Below, piece by piece: positions 10,411 through 19,601 of a stretch of 64,000 bases of DNA. Source of the DNA: an uncultured Collinsella sp. (GTDB lineage: Bacteria > Actinomycetota > Coriobacteriia > Coriobacteriales > Coriobacteriaceae); assembly GCA_958415625.1 (NCBI GenBank), contig CATYZI010000012.1, positions 1,095 through 65,094 of the forward strand. The letters are read 5' to 3'. The notes under the pieces were generated by a model, which was not told the origin of the DNA, ran no database searches, and saw only the letters and a list, made by a program, of their open reading frames with translations. The position numbers and the translations under genes were made by a program. Position 1 is the stretch's first letter; each line of letters opens with the position of its first letter.

Positions 10411-10878
10411 ATGCGTCACAACGTTAAGAAGGGCCTGAAGCTCGGCACCGATGCGAGCCACACCAAGGCCATGAAGAAGAGCCTTGCTAAGGCCCTCTTC
10501 GAGAACGACCGCATCAAGACCACCGAGACCCGCGCTAAGGCGCTGCGTTCGGTCGTCGACCCGATCATCACTTGGGCCAAGAAGGGCGACCTGCACTCTC
10601 GTCGTCTGGCTATCGCCAAGCTCGGCGATAAGCAGCTCGTTGCCGAGATCTTCGACAAGGCTGCCCAGGGCATGTGGCAGGACCGCAACGGCGGTTACAC
10701 CCGCATCATGAAGCTCGGTAACCGTAAGGGCGACAACGCTCCCATCGTTATCATGGAGCTCGTCACCGAGCCTTGCACGCCTAAGGCCAAGAAGGCTGCT
10801 CCGGCCCCCAAGAAGGCCGCTGCTCCCAAGAAGGTCGAGGCTGTCGAGGAGGCTCCTGCTGAGGAGACCGCTGAGTAG
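10411..10878 (+). CDS. rplQ: 50S ribosomal protein L17 with Ala/Lys/Pro-rich C-terminal tail
   Basis: Canonical L17 core (GGYTRIMKLGNRKGD) plus a 35-aa tail, PKAKKAAPAPKKAAAPKK... Confidence 0.95.
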   Translation: MRHNVKKGLKLGTDASHTKAMKKSLAKALFENDRIKTTETRAKALRSVVDPIITWAKKGDLHSRRLAIAKLGDKQLVAEIFDKAAQGMWQDRNGGYTRIMKLGNRKGDNAPIVIMELVTEPCTPKAKKAAPAPKKAAAPKKVEAVEEAPAEETAE

Positions 10879-10904
10879 ACATTCCGTCTGCATAGGCTAT
10901 ATTC

Positions 10905-10935
10905 GAGGGGTACGTTCGCGTACCCCTCTTTTTTT
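10905..10935 (+). terminator. Rho-independent terminator after rplQ
   Basis: Perfect 10-bp stem gaggggtacg/cgtacccctc, UUCG loop, T7 run. Confidence 0.85.
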
Positions 10936-10955
10936 GTCGCGATACCGTTACTTGT

Positions 10956-11795
10956 TTGTTGGGAGCGCCCATGACTGCGCCGTCTGATTTCAATTCGATT
11001 TCCGAGCTTGACGCCACGCTCGTATTTCGCGTGGCCTATGATGGCTCGTCGTATAGCGGATTTGCCGAGCAGCCGGGACAGACGACGGTTGCGGGTGAGC
11101 TGCGTCGAGCCATCGAGACGCTGCTTCGCCGTCCGATCGATCTGACGTGCGCAGGTCGTACCGATGCCGGCGTGCATGCCGTGGCTCAGTACATCAGCGT
11201 GCCCGTAACGGACGCTGAGCTCGCCCTTACGCGCCGTAGGTGGCTGCGGGCTATGGATGCCCTGCTGCCTAAAGATATCGCCATAAACGAGGTCTACAGG
11301 GCCCGTAAGGGCTTTTCTGCACGCTTTGACGCGCGTTCCCGTACGTATACGTACCGTATTGCCGATCGCGATGCGCGCCCCGTGCTGTCCCGTGGTGCCG
11401 TGTGGTGGCATCGCTATCCCTTGGACGTCGAGGCCATGTCTGCTGCCTGCCCCGCACTGCTGGGCGAGCAGGACTTTAAAAGCTTTTGCAAGGTCGCTTC
11501 GGCCGTTGGCAAGCCCACGCATCGCTGCGTGATGCGTGCAGAATTTGGCCATGAGGTTGCGTTTGGCGAGGACATCCTGACGTTTACCATCGAGGGCAAT
11601 GCGTTTCTGCATTCGATGGTCCGTACGATCGTGGGCACGCTTGTCGAGATTGGCATGCATCGCCGTGAACCCGAGTGGATGCGTGAGGTTATCGATGCTT
11701 GCGACCGCACCGCTGCGGGCCCCACGGCTCCTGCCTGCGGCCTTACGTTTATGGGCGTGGATTACGATCCCGCCGAGCTTGTCGTGCTCGACTAG
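10956..11795 (+). CDS. truA: tRNA pseudouridine(38-40) synthase TruA
   Basis: Motifs YDGSSYSGFAEQPG and CAGRTDAGVHAV. The start could be TTG 10956 or ATG 10971. Confidence 0.92.
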   Translation: MLGAPMTAPSDFNSISELDATLVFRVAYDGSSYSGFAEQPGQTTVAGELRRAIETLLRRPIDLTCAGRTDAGVHAVAQYISVPVTDAELALTRRRWLRAMDALLPKDIAINEVYRARKGFSARFDARSRTYTYRIADRDARPVLSRGAVWWHRYPLDVEAMSAACPALLGEQDFKSFCKVASAVGKPTHRCVMRAEFGHEVAFGEDILTFTIEGNAFLHSMVRTIVGTLVEIGMHRREPEWMREVIDACDRTAAGPTAPACGLTFMGVDYDPAELVVLD

Positions 11796-11956
11796 GGGAG
11801 GGCTCGACGTGTCGTGTGTCGACACCTGTCATCTGTGGGCTGCGCGTGTGCAACATCTGTTCTTGGCGTGCAATGCAACCGGTGTCTCATCGCTTTTATT
11901 GCCGGGGTGTACCATGAACCACGGTTTGATTCATTGCTGTCGAGAGGACGGATAAT

Positions 11957-12997
11957 TTGGTTCGACGTGGCTCGCATCCGCGACTTTCGGTGATCCTTGT
12001 GGTAGAAGGTTCGCCCAGCTATGCGATGCGTGCGCTCGAGAGTATCCAGAACCAAGACCTCTACGATTTGCAGATTGTCGTTGTCTGTCGCGATACTGCG
12101 CCCGGTGTGCGCCATTCGCTTCAAGTTGCTGCCGACAGGGACATCCATATTGATTTGATTGACGTCGAGGACGCGACGCGCGGCGCGTGTCTTCGTGCCG
12201 GTTTTGCTGCCTCGCGCGGCTCTCAAATCATCGCCATGAACGCCGATGAGTGGTTTGCTCCGCAATCCCTTTCCAAGATGGTCGATATCGCGTGCGATAC
12301 TGCGGCAGACATAGTGTTCCCCGCGGTGTCGCTCGACCGCTATGATGCACATCGAGAGCGCCATTCGCGCGTCTTGGATGCTACTCATATTTCCATTGAT
12401 AGCAAATCTTCGATGGTGGCCGGGCTGCCTCAGTTGATTCTAGGCGGCTTGGTTGCTCAAGTCTCTGGCGTGATGTATAGCCGTCCGCTGTTTGAGGCAT
12501 GCCTTTTGTGCGACAAGGCGTTTCGCACAGTTGGGTTTATGGCGTGCGCGCTCTCGCAGGCGCAGCGCGTCTCCGGATGCGGCGACGCTTGTTTCCACGC
12601 GGTGGCGCCTAAGCTTACAGATGCCTTTGATCCCACCATGTATGCTAGGGTAGCCGATGACACCCGAGCGCTCGACGAGCTTGCGGACTCACTCTCGGAA
12701 GCAGATAGCGGTGGTCGGCTCAAGCTGGCAAGCCAAAAGTTCTACTTTGCCGGACTGGTCGCCTGCATCGAGAATTTGTGTCTGAGCCCGCATGGGGTGT
12801 CGTCAATCGAGCGTTCCGCCCGCATGCGTGATATGCTCGAGGCGCCTCGAACCCGTCAGATGGTCGCCGCGCTCAAGGATAACCATCGGGGACTCGGTCT
12901 GTTGTTTGGGCCGATCGCCAGCGCCAAGCCCGCGCGCTGCGTGATGTGTACGCATCTGGCAGCTTTTCTTAACCGGACGGGCGCAAAAACCGCCTAA
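11957..12997 (+). CDS. Glycosyltransferase family 2-like protein
   Basis: The N-terminal LSVILVVEGSPSYAMRALESIQNQDLYDLQIVVVCRD pattern is typical of GT2. The rest is not recognisable. Confidence 0.6.
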   Translation: MVRRGSHPRLSVILVVEGSPSYAMRALESIQNQDLYDLQIVVVCRDTAPGVRHSLQVAADRDIHIDLIDVEDATRGACLRAGFAASRGSQIIAMNADEWFAPQSLSKMVDIACDTAADIVFPAVSLDRYDAHRERHSRVLDATHISIDSKSSMVAGLPQLILGGLVAQVSGVMYSRPLFEACLLCDKAFRTVGFMACALSQAQRVSGCGDACFHAVAPKLTDAFDPTMYARVADDTRALDELADSLSEADSGGRLKLASQKFYFAGLVACIENLCLSPHGVSSIERSARMRDMLEAPRTRQMVAALKDNHRGLGLLFGPIASAKPARCVMCTHLAAFLNRTGAKTA

Positions 12998-13130
12998 ACG
13001 GCTCATTACGAAACAAACTTGCATAGAATTGTTTCGAAATGCGTTCTTATACACAAAAGCCTTCAAATAGCGTTAAACTATTCAATCACTGATTGATTGT
13101 CTCCGCCATCTTTTGGAGAGAGGGTTTGTA

Positions 13131-13567
13131 TGGCTAAAAAACGCAATGGGCGCCAGGATGCCATTAGAGATATTGTGCGCAATAAGGATGTCCGCACGCA
13201 GCGCGTGCTGGTCGATGAGCTCCGTGCTATGGGCTTTGATTGCACGCAGGCGACTGTCTCTCGCGATATTGCCGATATGGGGCTGCGTAAGCTCCCTGAG
13301 GGCATCTATGTTCTGGCAGAGGACCTGCACCTGCAGCGTATGGTTTCCGAGCTCGTAACGGGCGTTCTGCGTACTGATAATCTGGTTATGATCAAGGCTC
13401 AGCCTGGCACGGCTTCCGGCATCGCCGCCGCCGTTGATGCGGCAGAGTTACCCGATGTGCTTGGCTCGCTTGCCGGCAACGATACGATTTTGGTTATTGC
13501 CCAGACGGCCGAGGACGGCGAGCGTCTCGAGGCGCTGATCAATAAGTTGAGCAATTCTCGCAAGTAG
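13131..13567 (+). CDS. argR: Arginine repressor ArgR
   Basis: Motifs RQDAIRDIVRNKDVRTQRVLVDELRAMGFDCTQATVSRDIADMGL and a C-terminal GSLAGNDTILVIA. Confidence 0.9.
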
Positions 13568-13692
13568 GTGTGCGGGTCGTGCGCTCGGCATTGTGTGCGC
13601 TGACATAGTGGCTTGTAAGGGGCATCGACGTTGGTCGGTACCCCTTTTTGTTTGCCGGTATAAAGACCGCCCACCAGGTCGCTTCAAACTAA

Positions 13693-13729
13693 AAGGCCCC
13701 GAGCAGTTCAATAAGCTGCTCGGGGCCTT
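13693..13729. terminator. Bidirectional hairpin between convergent argR and PBP gene
   Basis: Perfect 14-bp stem aaggccccgagcag/ctgctcggggcctt. An A-run lies on the + side (T-run on the - strand). Confidence 0.7.
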
Positions 13730-13751
13730 GTTGGCTTTAGTCGCGTACTTC

Positions 13752-15950
13752 TTAGCCGACCGTATCGTCAGGCGTGGGCGAGGGGTCGGGAGTGGGCGTA
13801 GGCGTAGGCGTAGGCGTGCCGCCATCGCCGCCGGTCGAACCACCAGTGGAGCCACCCGTCGAGCCACCGGTCGTACCGGTGCCGCCGGTGGTGTCGCCGC
13901 CCGTGGTCTCGGTGGTCGTGGTCGTCGTGGTAGTCGTTGTGGTGGTTTCCTCTTCCTCTTCGTCCTTGTCCTTGTCGTCGTTCTCCGACTTCTTGGTGTT
14001 GTTGGTGCCGTAGAACTTCCAGACGCTGTTGTTCTTGTAGGTGGGCGCCGTTCCGGTCGCAAACTCCTCGCGCTCGGTACCGGTCAGAACGGTGTTCATA
14101 AACCGCTTAAAGACAGGCAGGTTGGTGCTGTCGCCCAGCAGGTCCGTGCCGTACTTTTGGATGGGGATCTCGCCCGCGGAATAGCCGGTCCACAGGGCGC
14201 ACGCCAGCTGCGGGGTATAGCCGCAGAACCACAGGTTGGTGGTGTTGTCGGTGGTGCCCGTCTTGCCGGCATAGGGCTGGTTGACACTCAGAGCGCCGGC
14301 AGCACCCGTACCGCTGCCCTTCATGACGCCGGACAGAACATCGGTGACCGCGGCGGCCTCGCCCTCGGTAAGCACCTGTGAGGGATTGTCGGTGTGCTGG
14401 TACAGCACCGAACCGGTACGAGAGTCAATCTCGGTGATGGCGATCGGCTGGCGATAGTAGCCGCCGTTGGCAAACGTCGCGTAGGCGGCGGCCATCTCGA
14501 GCGGCGAGATCGAGCCGGTGCCGAGGGTCATGACGGGAACGTCCTCGATGTTATCCTTGGCGGGGTCGATGCCGAGCTTTTTGACGAGCGAGATGATCTT
14601 GCTGTTACCGACGGCTTCCGCCACCTGGATGTAGCCGGTGTTGGAGGAGTATGCCGTCGCCTGCTTAAGCGTGATGTTGCCATAGCTCTGGTTGGCGTAA
14701 TTTTGGACCTCGGTCGTGGTGCCCTTGGCCTTGAGCGGCGAGTTGCAGTTGAGGGTGACGTTGGGGTTCATGCCGTTTTGGATGGCAGTTGCCAGCGTAA
14801 AGGCCTTAAAGGTGGAGCCGACGGGGCGCTTGGCCGTGGCATGGTTTACGTGGTTCTCGTCGGCGTTGTAGTCGTAGCCGCCCACCATGCACTTGATGTA
14901 GCCGGTCTTGGGGTCGACGACGACCATGCCCATGTCCAGGCCGTCGAGCGAGAGCGTGTCGAGCTGCTCGCGGACGGCATTCTCTGCCACCTGCTGCATC
15001 GTGGGGTCGATGGTGGTCTTGACGGTCAGACCGCCCTTAAAGAGCACGTCGGTCGAGAACTCCTGCTCCAGCAGCTGCTTGACGTAGGAGACAAAGTAGG
15101 GCTGCGAGTAAACGTCGACGCCGCTGCCCGAGATTTCGGTCACATTGAGGGTGATGGGCTCGGCCTGTGCGGCATCGTGCTCCTCCTGGGTGATGTGGCC
15201 CAGGCGCAGCATGTTGTCGAGAACCTTGTTGCGGCGAGACAGTGCCAGATCGGGATTGACCGTGGGGTCGTACTGCGAGGGCGAGTTGGGAAGGCCGATG
15301 AGCAGCGCGGCCTCGCTGAGGGTGAGGTCGGCGGCGCTCTTGGACAGATAGGTCTCGGCTGCGGCCTCGATGCCGTAGGCGCCATGGCCGTAATAGATGG
15401 TGTTGAGGTACATCATGAGGATCTCGTCTTTGGAGTACATGTCCTCCATCTTGATGGCGATGTAGGCCTCGCGCACCTTACGCTCAATGGTCGAGTCGAA
15501 CTGCTCCTCCTGCAGGATGGTGTTGCGCACAAGCTGCTGGGTGATAGTCGAGGCGCCTTCGTGCCCGCCGCCGAGGGTTGCCACCGCAGCACGCGCGATA
15601 CCCCACAGGTCGATGCCGCCGTGCTCGTAGAAGCGCTCGTCCTCGACGTCAACGGTGCCTTGCAGCACGTAGGGGGAGACCTCGTCCTTGGTGATGGACT
15701 TGCGGTTTTGCGTGTAGAAGCTCGCGATCTTGTTGCCGTTGCAGTCGACGATCTCGGTGGGCTCGCTCACCAGATACGCGTTGGCGTCGGTGTAGTCGGG
15801 CAGATCGGACAGCCAGCGGTTGACGTTGCCGACCATGCCGATGCCAAACGCCACGCCCGCAATCAGCAGAAAGCCCAAAAACGAGAGCAGGATTATGGGC
15901 AGGGCGTGCGTCTTTGAACGGCTGTGTCCCTGTCGTTGGCGAGGACCCAT
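13752..15950 (-). CDS. Class A penicillin-binding protein (PBP1A family transglycosylase/transpeptidase) with Thr/Gly/Pro-rich tail
   Basis: Motifs EDERFYEHGGID, STFK, SSN and KTGT. The start is placed at ATG 15950, 7 nt after GGAGG; the ORF track extends to 16073. Confidence 0.92.
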   Translation of the reverse strand: MGPRQRQGHSRSKTHALPIILLSFLGFLLIAGVAFGIGMVGNVNRWLSDLPDYTDANAYLVSEPTEIVDCNGNKIASFYTQNRKSITKDEVSPYVLQGTVDVEDERFYEHGGIDLWGIARAAVATLGGGHEGASTITQQLVRNTILQEEQFDSTIERKVREAYIAIKMEDMYSKDEILMMYLNTIYYGHGAYGIEAAAETYLSKSAADLTLSEAALLIGLPNSPSQYDPTVNPDLALSRRNKVLDNMLRLGHITQEEHDAAQAEPITLNVTEISGSGVDVYSQPYFVSYVKQLLEQEFSTDVLFKGGLTVKTTIDPTMQQVAENAVREQLDTLSLDGLDMGMVVVDPKTGYIKCMVGGYDYNADENHVNHATAKRPVGSTFKAFTLATAIQNGMNPNVTLNCNSPLKAKGTTTEVQNYANQSYGNITLKQATAYSSNTGYIQVAEAVGNSKIISLVKKLGIDPAKDNIEDVPVMTLGTGSISPLEMAAAYATFANGGYYRQPIAITEIDSRTGSVLYQHTDNPSQVLTEGEAAAVTDVLSGVMKGSGTGAAGALSVNQPYAGKTGTTDNTTNLWFCGYTPQLACALWTGYSAGEIPIQKYGTDLLGDSTNLPVFKRFMNTVLTGTEREEFATGTAPTYKNNSVWKFYGTNNTKKSENDDKDKDEEEEETTTTTTTTTTTTETTGGDTTGGTGTTGGSTGGSTGGSTGGDGGTPTPTPTPTPDPSPTPDDTVG
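13770..13990. repeat. Short tandem/low-complexity coding repeats inside the PBP tail
   Basis: (ggcgta)n encodes TPTPTP. Reiterated ggtcga/ggtgga/ggtcgt units encode GGST and poly-Thr. A gaagag run encodes EEEEE. Confidence 0.8.
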
Positions 15951-16112
15951 ATATTGACCTCCAGGTATGTCGTGCCGGACGGTGGATGTGCCGTCGGGGC
16001 AGGATGGACATAAGTTATTACACGATAAACCAAACGGGGCGCGCGAGGCCTCGTGTATGCTGGAAGACGGCATTTTTCAGAGTGAATGCATACCTTGGTA
16101 AGGAGTTTGCCG

Positions 16113-18071
16113 ATGGCGATTCGGGCGATGGGGCCGAGCGGACAATACGAGACTGGATTGGATGCTGCCGGTGCGGCGCTGCCCGAGTTGCTGGCGCCGG
16201 CGGGCGGACTCGACCAGATGCTTGCGGCCATCGCCGCGGGCGCCGATGCCATCTATGCGGGGTTGGGCGGCTTTAACGCCCGTGTGAGTGCACACGGTTT
16301 TACCGACGACGAGTTTGCGCGCGGCTGCGCCGTGGCGCATACCCATGGCGTGCGTGTGTACGTGACGCTCAACGTGTTCGTGTTTGACGATGAGTTGTCC
16401 GACGCGGTGGCGTTGGGAGCTCATGCACTGGAGCTGGGCGCCGATGCTCTGATTGTGGCCGATGCCGGGTTGGCCTGCGCGCTGCGCGCGGCGATTCCCG
16501 GGGTCGAGATTCACCTGTCCACGCAGGCGGGCGCTCATAGCGAGGGTGCCGTGCGACTTGCCGCCGATGAGCTGGGGGTCGAGCGCGTGACGACGGCACG
16601 CGAGCTGACGGTCGACGAGATTGCGGCGCTATGTGCCACTGGCGTGCCCATCGAGGTATTCTGCCACGGTGCGATTTGCATCGGCTATTCGGGGGCGTGC
16701 GAGTTCTCGGCCCTGCGGCGTGGGCGCTCGGCGATGCGCGGCGACTGCACGCAGCCGTGCCGTCTGGCGTACGACCTGGTGGACGAGGCGGGACAGAGCG
16801 TTGTCGCCGTCGAGGGAGATCGCCTGCTGTGCCCGCGCGACTATCTGGGTATTGCACATCTGCCTGAGCTTGTAGATGCCGGCGTGGCGTCGCTCAAGAT
16901 CGAGGGGCGCATGAAGAACCCCGATTACGTATTCAACGTGGTGCGGGTGTGGCGCCGGGCACTCGATATGCTGTGCGACGGCGCGTGGGACTCCGGTGCC
17001 GTGGAAGAGCTTGAGCGCGAGCTGGGAAGGTCGTTTAACCGTGGGTTTACCGATGCGTACCTGCGAGGGCGTTCGGGTGCCGAGCTGATGAGCTTTGAGC
17101 GTGCGATTAACCAGGGCGTGCGCGTGGGGCGCTTGGTCGCTGTGGGCCACGAAGAGGTGACCGTTGAGCTCGACGCCGCCGTGGCGGCGGGTGACACGCT
17201 CGAGATTCGGTTTTATCCGGGTGTCGACGCGCGTCCCGATGTGCCTAAGCGCTGGCCGCAGGTGCCCTGCCCGGTGGATGCCGCAGCGGGGAAGCGCGTC
17301 GTCGTGCATTGCAAGCGTAAGGTGGACACGGGCTGCGAGGTATACCTGATTCGCAGCGCCGGCGTGTTGGATCAGACGGCGGCGGTGTTGGAGCGCATGC
17401 GGGCCGAGGCGGATGCGATTGCGCCCGTTGCACGTGCCGTTGAGGCACTGCCCTTTGAGGACGTTGCGGTGGATGGCGGTGCGTCGACGGAGTTGGTGGA
17501 GTGCGCGGTTCCCACTCGCATGGTTTTTGCTTGGCAACTGATGGATGCCGACCCGCGCGGAGAACTCGATTTGTCCGACGCCGTTGTGGTGCTTGACGAG
17601 GTGTGCCGCACGGGTGACGCTGACCGGACCTGCTCACTGATGCAGCGTGCCGGGCGCGTCGTCTGCCGCAACCTGGGACAGGTGGTGATCGCTCGCGAGC
17701 TGGGCGTGACGTTTGACGTGGCGGCGCCGGTGTTCTGCGCGAATCGGGCAACGCTTACCTGGCTGCGCGGACTTGGTGCGGGGCGGGTGTACTTGCCGGC
17801 CGAGTTGCTCGGCAATGATGCGGAGCGTATTGCCGAACTGGCTGCTTGTCCCGGTGTCTTGGGGCCTGTCGATGCCGACCGTCCCGAGCTTATGGTGTGC
17901 GAGCACTGCTTGCTGACTGCCGAGGGCGCCTGCGCCACGGATGCAACGGGGCAGATCCGTTGTCGTGACTGCTCGCGCCGTCAGCGGGCGCGCTTTTTGG
18001 TCGAACGTGACGGCACGCGTTTGCCGGTCGTTATCGACGCGTGCGGCAGGACGAGGATTTTCCTGTCGTAG
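16113..18071 (+). CDS. Peptidase U32-family protein (long form)
   Basis: Motifs PELLAPAGG...AGADAIYAGL and CHGAICIGYSGACEFSALRRGRSAMRGDCTQPC (Cys cluster). ATG 16113 lies 7 nt after aaggag. Confidence 0.85.
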   Translation: MAIRAMGPSGQYETGLDAAGAALPELLAPAGGLDQMLAAIAAGADAIYAGLGGFNARVSAHGFTDDEFARGCAVAHTHGVRVYVTLNVFVFDDELSDAVALGAHALELGADALIVADAGLACALRAAIPGVEIHLSTQAGAHSEGAVRLAADELGVERVTTARELTVDEIAALCATGVPIEVFCHGAICIGYSGACEFSALRRGRSAMRGDCTQPCRLAYDLVDEAGQSVVAVEGDRLLCPRDYLGIAHLPELVDAGVASLKIEGRMKNPDYVFNVVRVWRRALDMLCDGAWDSGAVEELERELGRSFNRGFTDAYLRGRSGAELMSFERAINQGVRVGRLVAVGHEEVTVELDAAVAAGDTLEIRFYPGVDARPDVPKRWPQVPCPVDAAAGKRVVVHCKRKVDTGCEVYLIRSAGVLDQTAAVLERMRAEADAIAPVARAVEALPFEDVAVDGGASTELVECAVPTRMVFAWQLMDADPRGELDLSDAVVVLDEVCRTGDADRTCSLMQRAGRVVCRNLGQVVIARELGVTFDVAAPVFCANRATLTWLRGLGAGRVYLPAELLGNDAERIAELAACPGVLGPVDADRPELMVCEHCLLTAEGACATDATGQIRCRDCSRRQRARFLVERDGTRLPVVIDACGRTRIFLS

Positions 18072-18168
18072 GTGTTCGGCCGCGCCGTTTTGGTTATCAT
18101 AAGAGAGTTTATGAACTTCCAGCACCGCCGTATCCGGTGAGGGTGCTATAGCAAAAGGAGGATACCCA

Positions 18169-19380
18169 ATGCTGTCTGTTGACGAGCAAATGCGTATCAT
18201 CACCTCGGGTGCAGCGCAGATCGTCCCCGAGGCCGACCTTCGCAAGAAGCTTGAGAAGGGCGAGCCCCTCAACATCAAGCTCGGCGTCGATCCCACCAGC
18301 CCCGACCTGCACCTGGGCCATGCCGTGCCCCTGCGCAAGATGCGTCAGTTCCAGGACCTGGGCCACAACGTCACCCTCATCATCGGCAACGGCACCGCGC
18401 TGATCGGCGACCCCTCGGGCAAGAACTCCACGCGTCCGCAGCTTTCGCAGGAGCAGATCGAGGCCAACGCCGAGACCTACGTGAGCCAGGCCATGAAGAT
18501 CCTGGATCCCGAGAAGACCACCATCGTGCACAACGGCGACTGGATCCTTTCGATGGACCTGGCCGGCCTGCTGCAGGTGTGCTCCAAGTTCACCGTCGCT
18601 CGCATCCTTGAGCGCGACGACTTTACCAAGCGCTACCAGTCCCAGACGCCGATCGCCCTGCACGAGTTTCTGTACCCCGTGATGCAGGCCTTCGACTCCG
18701 TTCAGATCAAGGCCGACGTCGAGATGGGCGGCACCGACCAGCTCTTCAACCTGCTCGCCGGCCGCGAGCTCATGGAGAAGATGGGCATGGAGCCGCAGAT
18801 TGCGCTCACCATGCCGCTGCTCGAGGGCACCGACGGCGTGCGCAAGATGTCCAAGTCCTATGGCAACTACATCGGCCTGACCGACGCTCCCAAGGATATG
18901 TTCGGCAAGACCATGTCCATCCCCGACGAGATGATCGGCAAGTACTATCGTCTGGCCAGCTCGCTCGCCCCGGCCGAGGTCGACAAGATCGACGCCGCCC
19001 TGGCCGACGGTTCTGCCGACCCCTACGAGCTCAAGCGCGCGCTGGGCCGCGACCTGTGCGATACCTACCACGGCGCCGGCGCCGGCGACGAGGCCCAGGC
19101 CGAGTTCGACCGTGTGTTCAAGGAGGGCCAGCTCGCCGACTTCCCCGAGAAGCACGTTGAGCTGACTGTTAACGACGAGGGCCAGATCTACCTCGCCGGC
19201 CTGCTCAAGGACTTGGGTCTTTCGGCGAGCGCCGGCCAGGCTCGTCGCGATATCGACGGCGGCGGTGTCAAGATCAACGGCAAGGCCGTGGCTCCCAAGA
19301 GCTATAACATCGATCCCAGCGCCCTCAAGCTGGGCGACACCCTCTCCGTGGGCAAGCGCAAGGGCTTCAAGTTGGTCTAA
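18169..19380 (+). CDS. tyrS: Tyrosine--tRNA ligase
   Basis: HLGH (PDLHLGHAV), KMSKS, and a C-terminal S4-like domain. Confidence 0.95.
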   Translation: MLSVDEQMRIITSGAAQIVPEADLRKKLEKGEPLNIKLGVDPTSPDLHLGHAVPLRKMRQFQDLGHNVTLIIGNGTALIGDPSGKNSTRPQLSQEQIEANAETYVSQAMKILDPEKTTIVHNGDWILSMDLAGLLQVCSKFTVARILERDDFTKRYQSQTPIALHEFLYPVMQAFDSVQIKADVEMGGTDQLFNLLAGRELMEKMGMEPQIALTMPLLEGTDGVRKMSKSYGNYIGLTDAPKDMFGKTMSIPDEMIGKYYRLASSLAPAEVDKIDAALADGSADPYELKRALGRDLCDTYHGAGAGDEAQAEFDRVFKEGQLADFPEKHVELTVNDEGQIYLAGLLKDLGLSASAGQARRDIDGGGVKINGKAVAPKSYNIDPSALKLGDTLSVGKRKGFKLV

Positions 19381-19409
19381 CGAGCGAGTTGACCTCACAA
19401 GTGCAAAAA

Positions 19410-19443
19410 GGCCGCAGCCGGGAATCCCGACTGCGGCCTTTTT
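19410..19443 (+). terminator. Rho-independent terminator after tyrS
   Basis: 8-bp stem ggccgcag/ctgcggcc followed by ttttt. Confidence 0.8.
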
Positions 19444-19452
19444 GGTTACGAC

Positions 19453-19481
19453 GATCCCTTGGGGACGGAGGGATCATTTGG
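19453..19481. repeat. Short copy of palindromic repeat family B (gatcccttggggacggagggatcatttgg)
   Basis: It shares gatccctNggggacgga and agggatcatttg with 43186-43297. Confidence 0.6.
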
Positions 19482-19601
19482 CGGTGCCGTTAAGCGGAGA
19501 GGCGTATTGTTGACCCATCGTTTGGGCATACAATGGCTGTTGGCTTGCTGCGGTGAAGGCTCGTCCGCTCCGCAGTTATTTCTACAGTTAAAGGAGTATG
19601 T

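Noticed and set aside
12998-13130. ARG-box operators upstream of argR (palindrome cgaaacaa...ttgtttcg, and tattcaatcactgattgatt).
   Set aside because: I could not match either to the TNTGAATWWWWATTCANW consensus with confidence. The palindrome may simply be the terminator of the upstream GT2 gene.
13448-14381. Arg/Pro-rich ORFs 13448-14062 (-) and 13593-14381 (+).
   Set aside because: They are out-of-frame or antisense readings of the repetitive PBP tail and the argR/PBP terminator region. They have no SD and an implausible composition.
18072-18168. T-box leader upstream of tyrS.
   Set aside because: Only about 97 nt are available. I found no T-box consensus (AGGGTGGNACCGCG-like) and no terminator/antiterminator pair.
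19482-19601. Purine riboswitch upstream of adenine deaminase.
   Set aside because: The conserved tataat..ccu / three-way-junction signature is absent. The region looks like a plain promoter (tacaat at about 19540) plus an SD.
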